The position numbers and the translations under genes are program-made. 64,000 nt of DNA from Candidatus Aenigmatarchaeota archaeon (lineage in GTDB: Archaea > Aenigmatarchaeota > Aenigmatarchaeia > CG10238-14 > SCSR01): positions 38 to 64,037 of the forward strand of contig JAWBPV010000001.1 of NCBI GenBank assembly GCA_039000425.1. Reading direction: 5' to 3'. The notes under the pieces are model-generated. The model had not been told where the DNA came from. It did not search any database and worked only from the letters and a program-made list of their open reading frames with translations. Below, piece by piece: positions 38,741 to 46,619 of the stretch. Numbering within the stretch: the first letter of the stretch is position 1; every line of letters begins with the position of its first letter.

Positions 38741-39739
38741 TTAGCATTGGCCTCCAGATCCTGAACCAGCTGATCCTATAGGACCGATTCCAGGAGATTC
38801 TGTAATGGTACTTAGAGTTTTTGAACATTCCTGTGGAGGATTCTTGAAAGCCGAGCATATAACCTGTTTTATGGATTCTGCAGCCCTATTAACGCTCACG
38901 CTCACACCATTCACAACAAAAGTTGGAGATCCTCTAACCCCATATTTATCGTTTAACTCTGAATCTATAGGATAGGGTGGAAAAGTTTCTCTACTTTCTC
39001 TGAACAATTTAGATATGTTGTATTGTTTATCTGTAGCTTCCATACAAGCATCTAGTTTCGCCTTGTCAACTTTAGCTTCAGACACACATTTTTCAGCATT
39101 TCCACTCTCTACAAAACACTTCAAGTAAGTTGTGAATTTTTCTTTTTGTTCTTTCTGTATGCAATACATTCTCGTGTTCTCTATCATTTCTTTTTCTCCA
39201 TGCATTATGTAATCCACGAAATTCACGTATAAATCTGCCTTACCACCAAGAAGCTCTATTACTGGAATATAAGCTTTCAAGAATTGCAATCCATAAGGGC
39301 AATAGCTCATTATGAAGACTCTTGCTTCTGGTCTATCTGATTTTGGAACTTCTAATTGTGGTTGTTCCTCTTCAGGTTGTTGTTTTTGGATTTGTTGATT
39401 CATGTCGAAAGCTTGTAAGAATAAATAATTTCCATCTTTTGAAGCATAAACTGAAATTTTACTCCCTCTATAACTTGTAACGATTTCATAAAAGCTACCT
39501 TTGTCGTTAACGGAAACTAAGCTTGCGTTCGTTCCAGGTTGAACCAAATTTTGATTTATGTAATTTATAACTTTTTCACCAACTTGCTGGCTTGAAATAG
39601 GAAAAACAGCTAAACCTGTTAAATTCAAAAAACCAAACAACTGTGCTAAAATTATCACTGTGAGGATTATCGTGAAAACTCGCCAAATGTTTATCTTCGG
39701 TATTTTTATCTTTATTGTTTTGGGGGCTTCTTCCACCAT
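38741..39739 (-). CDS. Membrane-anchored DsbA/thioredoxin-like protein with monothiol CPYG site and Gly-rich C-terminus
   Basis: N-terminal TM helix; SYCPYG and GSPTFVVNG thioredoxin-fold motifs; C-terminal PGIGPIGSAGSGSGGQC. Confidence 0.4.
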   Translation of the reverse strand: MVEEAPKTIKIKIPKINIWRVFTIILTVIILAQLFGFLNLTGLAVFPISSQQVGEKVINYINQNLVQPGTNASLVSVNDKGSFYEIVTSYRGSKISVYASKDGNYLFLQAFDMNQQIQKQQPEEEQPQLEVPKSDRPEARVFIMSYCPYGLQFLKAYIPVIELLGGKADLYVNFVDYIMHGEKEMIENTRMYCIQKEQKEKFTTYLKCFVESGNAEKCVSEAKVDKAKLDACMEATDKQYNISKLFRESRETFPPYPIDSELNDKYGVRGSPTFVVNGVSVSVNRAAESIKQVICSAFKNPPQECSKTLSTITESPGIGPIGSAGSGSGGQC

Positions 39740-39765
39740 GTTAATAGATATAAGTGTAGAAAAGC

Positions 39766-40023
39766 TTAAATACTTCTCGTTACGTTGATGACTTCAACTT
39801 CACCCACTTCCTCCACTTCTCTAATCCTTCTTTCCAATTCGTCCATTTGACCTTCCTCATCTTTAACCATTTTAACAATCTTGAGTGCGACCAAACCAAA
39901 AGCCACCGGCTCTTTTTCTATTCTTTCGGGTGAAATTTTATCGATAATCTTTCTCTCAAGGTCATCGATATCGATCTCCACATTTTTGGGAAAAATTTTC
40001 ATCTCAACTATTACTTCTACCAT
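39766..40023 (-). CDS. ef1b: Elongation factor 1-beta (aEF1B)
   Basis: MVEVIVEMKIFPKNVEIDIDDLERKI...EPVAFGLVALKIV...EVEVI matches aEF-1beta; ORF-track start at 40059 is probably too long (would overlap the next gene). Confidence 0.7.
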   Translation of the reverse strand: MVEVIVEMKIFPKNVEIDIDDLERKIIDKISPERIEKEPVAFGLVALKIVKMVKDEEGQMDELERRIREVEEVGEVEVINVTRSI

Positions 40024-40024
40024 A

Positions 40025-40186
40025 TCAAGGTCCCACGAAACCACAATTTTCACAAACATATTTATTACTTAAAGCCTTACAAGTGCTACATCTAACTATT
40101 TCAACTTTTCCACAAGCGGGACAATTAAATCTAACGAAATTATCTTTGGCCAATACGTTAATTTTACAGGTTGAACATTTGAACAT
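40025..40186 (-). CDS. Small double Zn-ribbon protein (COG2888-like, translation-associated, typically linked to ef1b)
   Basis: Hand-translated: MFKCSTCKINVLAKDNFVRFNCPACGKVEIVRCSTCKALSNKYVCENCGFVGP; four CxxC pairs; missed by ORF track (<60 aa). Confidence 0.5.
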   Translation of the reverse strand: MFKCSTCKINVLAKDNFVRFNCPACGKVEIVRCSTCKALSNKYVCENCGFVGP

Positions 40187-40234
40187 TATACCACTTAGAT
40201 TAAATTAATTATCGAGAAATATTTTTATAACTAT

Positions 40235-40319
40235 GCCCCCATCGTCTAGCCTGGATAGGACGAGAGCTTGCGGATCTGGTGAAAAGCTCTTGGCCTGGGT
40301 TCGAATCCCAGTGGGGGCA
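40235..40319 (+). tRNA. tRNA-Arg (anticodon GCG) with short (~11-nt) intron after position 37
   Basis: Acceptor GCCCCCA/TGGGGGC, D-arm GTCT..GGAC, anticodon stem AGAGC/GCTCT split by intron, T-arm CTGGG-TTCGAAT-CCCAG, discriminator A. Confidence 0.6.
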
Positions 40320-40324
40320 TGATA

Positions 40325-41143
40325 CTAAATCCTTAGATTATTAAAATTAACTGGTTTGGCCATGTTCCATAAATTTTTCATGTAGCTGTCCATAACAGCT
40401 ACGAAAGAAGGTTCGTTTGACCAGATTATCCTGAACTTAAATCTCCTAGCTCTAGGGTCGCTATCTAACCTTATAGCAACTTCTTTTCCATCAACCACTA
40501 ATATTCTTGGGTGAGTTTTAACTTCAAAAACTCTCAGCGGAATTTTCTGTTCATAATACCATTTTGCCCTTTGAAAATTCTCTCGATTTATCCCCATACA
40601 AATAATCCTTAATTTCACACCCCTTTTCAAACAAGATCTTATCGCCTCTCTCAACCTTTGAGAAAATGAGAAATCTCTAGTTATATCTATCGCATAATTC
40701 TTTGCTCTATCTAACATTTCCCCAAGTTTGTTCAAAGCTTCCATAGCTTTCTCGCTATTGTGTTCCCATATACCTTCTATCTCTTCCTCCCTCCTTTCAA
40801 AATTCTTCAAGTAAGCTATCACTTTATCAGCTTTTTCTTTTATGTTTTTAAGATACCCCTCTTTTTCTTCTATCAAATTTTTTATCGTAACGTTAGCGTC
40901 TATCGCCCTAAAAATCTTTGGTTTTTCATCAAAAACTTCTACCATTTGTTTCTCCATCAAATGCTCTAGAACTTCGTAAATCTTAGATCTGGGTATCTCG
41001 GCTACTTTACTTAAATCGCTAGCATTAGAAGGTCCCAACAAAACTAGTTCTGTATATGCCCTTGCTTCATAATCACTCAGACCCAACTCTTCCAACAATT
41101 TGAAAATCTCGTTTTTCTCCATACGACCCTTTTTAAATATCAT
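40325..41143 (-). CDS. TrmB-family transcriptional regulator
   Basis: N-terminal TrmB HTH (LLEELGLSDYEARAYTELVLLGPSNASDLSKVAEIPRSKIYEVLEHL), C-terminal sensing domain. Confidence 0.75.
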   Translation of the reverse strand: MIFKKGRMEKNEIFKLLEELGLSDYEARAYTELVLLGPSNASDLSKVAEIPRSKIYEVLEHLMEKQMVEVFDEKPKIFRAIDANVTIKNLIEEKEGYLKNIKEKADKVIAYLKNFERREEEIEGIWEHNSEKAMEALNKLGEMLDRAKNYAIDITRDFSFSQRLREAIRSCLKRGVKLRIICMGINRENFQRAKWYYEQKIPLRVFEVKTHPRILVVDGKEVAIRLDSDPRARRFKFRIIWSNEPSFVAVMDSYMKNLWNMAKPVNFNNLRI

Positions 41144-41417
41144 AAAACTGATTTAATAAATTAAGGTGAATTCTTTTTCTTCAAAATCAAGTAGTTCTTG
41201 AAGAAAAAGATTAAACTCTCTATTTCACTGTTTTCAAAACCACATTCTTTCAAACCTTCTTTAACTTTTTCTAAACCTTTCTCCAATTTTTCCATGTAGT
41301 TAGATACTACTGAAAGGTAAATGAATTTAAGCCACCACTAAGAGTGGTGAAAAATTAACATTTAGCCACTTTTGTTGGAAGAAACTCATTTTAACACTTG
41401 AGTTATAACGAAATCTT

Positions 41418-42203
41418 GTGGAAAAAGAAGAGATAATCTGGACCTTGCAAAAATTTGGTATGACTGAATACGAATCTAGAGCTTATTTTACGCTCGTTTT
41501 ATTAGGACCAGCAAAAGCTCTGGAAGTAAGCAAACAAGCTTCAATACCACAATCAAAAATTTACTCTGCTCTGGAAAGTTTGATGAAGAAACAATTAGTT
41601 GAAATGTTTGATGGTAGACCAAAGCTTTTCAAGGCCATTGAACCAAAACTCGCTATAAGAGACCTCCTTAAAGCCAAAGAGCAAGAATTTTCTAGTCTAA
41701 AACAAAAAGCGTTGTCCATAAGCAAATTATTAAAACCCATTCATATCGATGAAGATGAAGTTGAGGGAATTTGGGTTCAAAGGGGTGAGAAATATATGGA
41801 AATGATCGATAAGACGGCTGAGATGGTGAAAAATGCTAAGAAATACGTTTATGGAATCTCCAAAGATTTTTCATTTTCTTCTAAATTCAGAAAAGCTGTT
41901 CTTCAATCCAGGAAAAAGGGTGTTGATGTTTACATAATGGCAACGAGACTTGATTCTCAAAGAATGACGAGCGCAAAATGGTATTTAGAGCATGGTATAA
42001 AAATAGGTATTTTTGAGGTAGAAACTCACCCAAATGTGATTGTCATTGATGGAAGAGAAGCATCTCTAAGACTTGAATCCAAGGATAACGGATTCCATTC
42101 TATTTGGTCTAAAGATACTTGCTTCGTTAAAATGATTGATATGTATTTAAAAAGTTTGTGGGAAAAATCTAGGAAAATAAATTTGTTTGATTTTGGAAGT
42201 TGA
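41418..42203 (+). CDS. TrmB-family transcriptional regulator (paralog, divergent to 40325..41143)
   Basis: N-terminal TrmB HTH (FGMTEYESRAYFTLVLLGPAKALEVSKQASIPQSKIYSALESL); GTG start. Confidence 0.75.
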   Translation: MEKEEIIWTLQKFGMTEYESRAYFTLVLLGPAKALEVSKQASIPQSKIYSALESLMKKQLVEMFDGRPKLFKAIEPKLAIRDLLKAKEQEFSSLKQKALSISKLLKPIHIDEDEVEGIWVQRGEKYMEMIDKTAEMVKNAKKYVYGISKDFSFSSKFRKAVLQSRKKGVDVYIMATRLDSQRMTSAKWYLEHGIKIGIFEVETHPNVIVIDGREASLRLESKDNGFHSIWSKDTCFVKMIDMYLKSLWEKSRKINLFDFGS

Positions 42204-42256
42204 ACTCAAAATTAAAAAATTTAAACTTATTTACTTCTACTTCCAAAAATTAATTC

Positions 42257-43138
42257 ATGAAAAAAGCTGTGTATTTTTTCTTCACAATTTTTTCCCTATT
42301 TTTCGTTACAAACGTTAATGCACAAACTCCCCTGACACCTGGTACCCTAACATTTGATGTTCAACCGATATTCTTAAGGGGGGAAGGTATTTACCTTTCA
42401 GGAAATTCGAGCTACATAGCAGCTTATGTTCAAGCCTATTATCCTGATTTCTCCTACAAGATGATAGGGATGGATTGTTATTTGAACGGTGATGAATTCA
42501 CTGCAACTCAAAATTGTTCTGTTCAGTTTTATCCGGAAAAAGGTATTTGCACCATACTTTCACCAGTTTATAAACCTCTACATGAGATGAATGAAATTAA
42601 ATGTAAAATTTATGACCCAGAAAATAAAGCAATTACTTCAACTTATATCAACAAAACTTTTCTACCACTCAACTTTTCTGCTTGGATTCATGAGTATTCA
42701 ACTCTAGTTGGAGAAGAATTCAATTTCCCAATAATCATAAAAAATTATGGTTTGTTTAAGGATGTTTACAAAATCAAAGTTTGTGTTAAGACAGGAACTT
42801 CAGAATGTAGAGCAAGCTCCCCTGGAGCAATCGTTTTGTCTCCAACAGAATTCGAAGTTGAATTGAATGGTGATACTTTTGATCCAGATTTTTGGAATCA
42901 AACAGGACCTGGGGTAAAAGAAGTTTACGCCAAGCTGATGATTTTAGATGCAAGTGTTAATTCTTATGTTTACGTTAATATAACTTCTTCCTTAAATTCA
43001 ACAATATTCAAACAACTCACTGCAACTATAACAGCAAAAGCTAGAAGCTTATCTGAACTTAATTTACCTGAGATTATTCTTTTATTTTTACTCGCAACGG
43101 TTTTTATTTTTAAATTTAAATCAAAATTGGGTCCGTAG
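42257..43138 (+). CDS. Surface protein with signal peptide and C-terminal membrane anchor
   Basis: N-terminal signal MKKAVYFFFTIFSLFFVTNVNA, N-glyc sequons, C-terminal hydrophobic anchor followed by KFKSK. Confidence 0.4.
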   Translation: MKKAVYFFFTIFSLFFVTNVNAQTPLTPGTLTFDVQPIFLRGEGIYLSGNSSYIAAYVQAYYPDFSYKMIGMDCYLNGDEFTATQNCSVQFYPEKGICTILSPVYKPLHEMNEIKCKIYDPENKAITSTYINKTFLPLNFSAWIHEYSTLVGEEFNFPIIIKNYGLFKDVYKIKVCVKTGTSECRASSPGAIVLSPTEFEVELNGDTFDPDFWNQTGPGVKEVYAKLMILDASVNSYVYVNITSSLNSTIFKQLTATITAKARSLSELNLPEIILLFLLATVFIFKFKSKLGP

Positions 43139-43199
43139 TCTAACGGTAGGACGCCACCCTTACAAGGTGGAGAAGGGAGTTCGATTCTCCCCGGACCCA
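43129..43199 (+). tRNA. tRNA-Val (anticodon TAC)
   Basis: Acceptor GGGTCCG/CGGACCC, anticodon arm CCACC-CTTACAA-GGTGG, T-arm GGGAG-TTCGATT-CTCCC, discriminator A; no intron. Confidence 0.75.
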
Positions 43200-43201
43200 T
43201 C

Positions 43202-43579
43202 ATGAAGATACGAGAAACTTTCGGTAGAGTCGTGAACTTGGTACAAACTAAAGGTATGGAAAAAGCTCTGGAGTTGTTAGAACTGAACAAAAAAACAATT
43301 GAGAATTGTTTGAAGAAGCGGGAATATTTAATTCAACTAAAGGATTTCGATGTCGTGATCGATAAAAAGGATGAATTCAATCAAATAACTCTTTATTTAA
43401 GCGAGAAGAAATGGAGTAAAAAACTTTTAGTAAGTTTGAAGAAATCTTCTGAGTTCAAGTCTATGGTCGTGTTACTTGGGAATATAAAAATAGGTAAAAA
43501 AGTTTATGAGTTAAGGATTGGTGCTTTCGGGTTTCCAACATCGGAATTAATTAAAGCTATCTTACAATTCAAGAAATAA
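43202..43579 (+). CDS. Hypothetical protein
   Basis: 125 aa ORF starting 2 nt after tRNA-Val; no motifs recognised. Confidence 0.3.
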   Translation: MKIRETFGRVVNLVQTKGMEKALELLELNKKTIENCLKKREYLIQLKDFDVVIDKKDEFNQITLYLSEKKWSKKLLVSLKKSSEFKSMVVLLGNIKIGKKVYELRIGAFGFPTSELIKAILQFKK

Positions 43580-44071
43580 TTTCATCAATTCTTCAGGAAG
43601 TTTTTCTCTGTTTTTCAAGTTCACTTCTAAAACTTTACCAAACTTTTCGAATCCTTTAACAAAATTTCTATGAACTACTGCGATTATTGGTTTATCCGAT
43701 GAAAGTAGAGATAGTACTTTTTTCTTAAAATTTTCGCTCAAGAATTCCATTTTCCCTATTTCATCTATAACAACAACATCACAGTTTTCACTTGCAAAAT
43801 CTATTGCTGGTAAAGCGACTTTTTCAAAAGAGTACAAATCTATTCCGTACTTCCCTAATCTTGGACCGATTTTTAAATTAACGCTCGCAAAAACTTCCAT
43901 GATTTGGGAAAAAACATCTTTGACGTAAAAGCCTACCCTTTTACCTTTCTCCCTTATTTCTGGGGTAATTATTCCTCCAACTTTTAGGCCATTTTTCCTC
44001 AACAAATCCACTGTTTTCATCAAAACTGTAGATTTACCACATCCTGGTTCACCTGTTAGGAATATTTTCAT
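43562..44071 (-). CDS. Nucleoside-triphosphatase THEP1 (NTPCR family)
   Basis: MKIFLTGEPGCGKST Walker A, DEIGKME Walker B; ORF-track N-terminal extension to 44188 is read-through of the adjacent tRNA gene. Confidence 0.7.
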   Translation of the reverse strand: MKIFLTGEPGCGKSTVLMKTVDLLRKNGLKVGGIITPEIREKGKRVGFYVKDVFSQIMEVFASVNLKIGPRLGKYGIDLYSFEKVALPAIDFASENCDVVVIDEIGKMEFLSENFKKKVLSLLSSDKPIIAVVHRNFVKGFEKFGKVLEVNLKNREKLPEELMKLFLEL

Positions 44072-44107
44072 AATTCTTAAAATGTTGTCAGAATTGAAGA
44101 AGTTTGA

Positions 44108-44211
44108 TAGCGGGGCCTGGATTTGAACCAGGGACCTCCGGGTTATGAGCCCGGCGAGCATTCTGACAAGATCTCCAGGCTGCTCCATTGCGGTTCGATT
44201 AAATCCCCGCT
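44108..44211 (-). tRNA. Initiator-type tRNA-Met (anticodon CAT) carrying ~29 extra nt in the D-arm region (putative non-canonical intron or introns)
   Basis: Minus strand: AGCGGGG...[GAGC-AGCCTGGAGA-(12 nt)-GCTC]-G-CCGGG-CTCATAA-CCCGG-AGGTC-CCTGG-TTCAAAT-CCAGG-CCCCGCT-A; A1:U72 and GGG/CCC anticodon stem are initiator hallmarks. Confidence 0.55.
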
Positions 44212-44344
44212 AGAGCTCAGCCTTTCATCCCTCCCCGCTATCTTTTAGTTGGTTTTCATTTAAATTTAAATCTTATTTTAGAATTCACTTACCGCTTAAG
44301 TTAAAAAATCAAATATGACCTTACTTTCCAATCTTCGAACATGA

Positions 44345-44653
44345 GTGAAATTAAAAGATTGGAAAAAATGTTGTTTGGGTGGGAAAGTGGGAAAAAGTAA
44401 CTTTTGGAAAGGGTTAGGTTCGTTGGTATCGATGGTTGGTGGGGCTGGAGCAGGCTACTTAGTAGCACAATGTGGCTCAATAGTTTATTTAGCGTGCAGA
44501 GAAATAACGAGCTTTCTTACAGGAAATCCTATAACAGATATTCCACAGATATTGAAAGATTATTCAATCTACACATCTGCAGCTGCTCTAATAGGTGAAG
44601 TGGGGGGTTACATATTACATAAAAAAATTTGGAAATTATTAGGGGGTGAGTAA
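44345..44653 (+). CDS. Hypothetical Gly-rich small membrane protein
   Basis: 102 aa, GGAGAGY glycine-zipper-like hydrophobic segment. Confidence 0.3.
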   Translation: MKLKDWKKCCLGGKVGKSNFWKGLGSLVSMVGGAGAGYLVAQCGSIVYLACREITSFLTGNPITDIPQILKDYSIYTSAAALIGEVGGYILHKKIWKLLGGE

Positions 44654-44935
44654 ATGGTGAAATTGGGAGAAATAGATGTTGGAACTAAAGATTTGATAGT
44701 ACTACTTGCTGGAGCTTTGGTCGGGTATTACGTGAGAAAACCTATAGAAGAAAAGAGAAAGGTGGAAAAAGAAAGCGAAGCTCATTTGATAGGTAAAACT
44801 GCAGCACAATATGTTGCAAATGAGTTAAGAGCTCTTGGAATAGGACCTGAAAGTTACAAAGCGATAGATGAGCTTACAGCAACTTTAAAAGAGCTTAAAG
44901 AAGAGTTGAAGAGATATAGGGGAAAGGATGGTTGA
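44654..44935 (+). CDS. Hypothetical small protein (one TM helix)
   Basis: 93 aa; abuts upstream ORF with no gap. Confidence 0.3.
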   Translation: MVKLGEIDVGTKDLIVLLAGALVGYYVRKPIEEKRKVEKESEAHLIGKTAAQYVANELRALGIGPESYKAIDELTATLKELKEELKRYRGKDG

Positions 44936-45116
44936 AGAAACTGAAATAATTTCCATCATGTATGGCCTTTTGAAAGGATTGAAAGCCTACAGAGAAGCTT
45001 ACAACGAACTCAATAACAACAAAGAAGAAACTAATGATGTGAGTTTGGAAGAAATAGTAAAAAGGTACAAACAAATAGAAGAATTACTCTCGATAATAGG
45101 AAAGGTGTTCAGATGA
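44928..45116 (+). CDS. Hypothetical small protein
   Basis: 62 aa; overlaps upstream ORF by 8 nt. Confidence 0.25.
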   Translation: MVEETEIISIMYGLLKGLKAYREAYNELNNNKEETNDVSLEEIVKRYKQIEELLSIIGKVFR

Positions 45117-45452
45117 ATGAAGACTTATCTTTCAAGAATACTGGAATATTCGAAATTGATTAAAGAAATAGAAATAGCTGGAGAAGAACATTTAAAAATT
45201 ATCTCCAAAAACCGTGAACATTATTTGAAGGGAGTTGAAGATCTGAAAACCAGGATTGCTTCTGATAATTTCCTAACAAAAGAAGATAAAGAAAGGATGT
45301 TGAAGAAAATATCGGAATATGTAGAAATTTTTGAGAAAAAGGAGGATGGGTTAGATTTTAATTCTTTCCTATTGGGTATTCTTATAACTTATTTGGCAAA
45401 AGAAGGGATAATATCCGAAATTATCGAATCTTTCAAGGATTTTTTTGAGTGA
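45117..45452 (+). CDS. Hypothetical small protein
   Basis: 111 aa; abuts upstream ORF with no gap. Confidence 0.3.
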   Translation: MKTYLSRILEYSKLIKEIEIAGEEHLKIISKNREHYLKGVEDLKTRIASDNFLTKEDKERMLKKISEYVEIFEKKEDGLDFNSFLLGILITYLAKEGIISEIIESFKDFFE

Positions 45453-45720
45453 TATTATGCCAACTCGTAACATCCACAAAAAAATTTCAAAAATTGTGAC
45501 TGGAAATTATTGTGAAAAAACAAACATCGTTATTGATTATCCTGTCAAGCTATTTGGTAAAAAACACAGGAAATTTTTCCATGATCCGATTTCAGTAGTG
45601 ATGATTGGATTAATGTGTGATGGTATAGATGGAACAATTTCCGGTATACTACACGTGGTAACAGACAATTATTGCTCCAAATATCCATTGCTTAAAAAAT
45701 TCTTGAAGTATTTATTTTAA
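45445..45720 (+). CDS. Hypothetical small protein (Cys/His-containing)
   Basis: 91 aa; overlaps upstream ORF by 8 nt. Confidence 0.3.
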   Translation: MSDIMPTRNIHKKISKIVTGNYCEKTNIVIDYPVKLFGKKHRKFFHDPISVVMIGLMCDGIDGTISGILHVVTDNYCSKYPLLKKFLKYLF

Positions 45721-46617
45721 TTTTATTTGCATGAAATCGTGAGCAACTTTTGTGTTTGGAAATATTTTCTTTGCTTCTTCTTCAAGTTCACTTACATCAG
45801 TGTAGCGTCTACTTATATGTGTTAAAATTAGTTGTTTAACGTTAGCCTCTTTAGCTATCTTAGCTGCTTGTTTTACATCGGCATGTGATTTACCTTCCTC
45901 CTCTTCTAGGAAAGTTCCATCATGTATTAACAAATCTGCATTTCTCGAAATTTTTAATACGTTATCACATGGTCTTGTATCTCCTGTGTAAACTATTTTT
46001 ATTCCTGGTCTTAAATTAGCCACTTCTTCTATCCTTATTTCCCTACCCTTATGATCAATTTTTCCAAATTTTTTGAGCTTTCTCAACCAAGCTCCACTTT
46101 TTAATCCCAATTCTCTCAACTTTTTTGGATTCACGTTCCATCTAGGTTTTTCTTGAAAACAATAAGCTACGGAAGGAACTGTGTGTAAAACTGGAACAGA
46201 AAGTATCTGATATTCTTTTTCTTCATCCACAACATCTATCCTTTCGCCTTCAAAACCCACGTTCATAGCTTTAATAGGAAACCTTAGACCAAAATAACCC
46301 AATTCTAGAATTTTTGACACAAATTTTTCGGCTTCTGGTCCAAAAATTTTCAATTCATTCTTCCTTTTTTCCAAGCTCATCGTTTGAATCAATGGTATTA
46401 AACCTGCGAAATGGTCTGCATGCCAATGAGTAATGAAAATTTTATTTATCTTCATGAAGCTTATGTTGGATTTCATGAGTTGTTTTTGAGTACCTTCACC
46501 ACAATCGAATAATATGGTATCTTTTTCCCTACCAAAGTATTCCAAAACTATGGCCGGATGATTTCTTTCTTTGCTGGGAACTCCCGAAACTGTACCAAGA
46601 AAAGTTATCTGTATCAT
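45712..46617 (-). CDS. rnz: Ribonuclease Z (tRNA 3' endonuclease, short form)
   Basis: MBL fold HWHADH motif, FDCGEGTQ, ~300 aa. Confidence 0.8.
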   Translation of the reverse strand: MIQITFLGTVSGVPSKERNHPAIVLEYFGREKDTILFDCGEGTQKQLMKSNISFMKINKIFITHWHADHFAGLIPLIQTMSLEKRKNELKIFGPEAEKFVSKILELGYFGLRFPIKAMNVGFEGERIDVVDEEKEYQILSVPVLHTVPSVAYCFQEKPRWNVNPKKLRELGLKSGAWLRKLKKFGKIDHKGREIRIEEVANLRPGIKIVYTGDTRPCDNVLKISRNADLLIHDGTFLEEEEGKSHADVKQAAKIAKEANVKQLILTHISRRYTDVSELEEEAKKIFPNTKVAHDFMQIKLK

Positions 46618-46619
46618 TA

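Noticed and set aside
43562-44188. ORF-track N-terminal extension of the THEP1 gene to 44188
   Set aside because: The extra 39 codons are a translation of the tRNA-Met gene (RRSLVQIQAP is the T-arm and acceptor stem). The real start is the MKIFLTGEPGCGKS Met at 44071.
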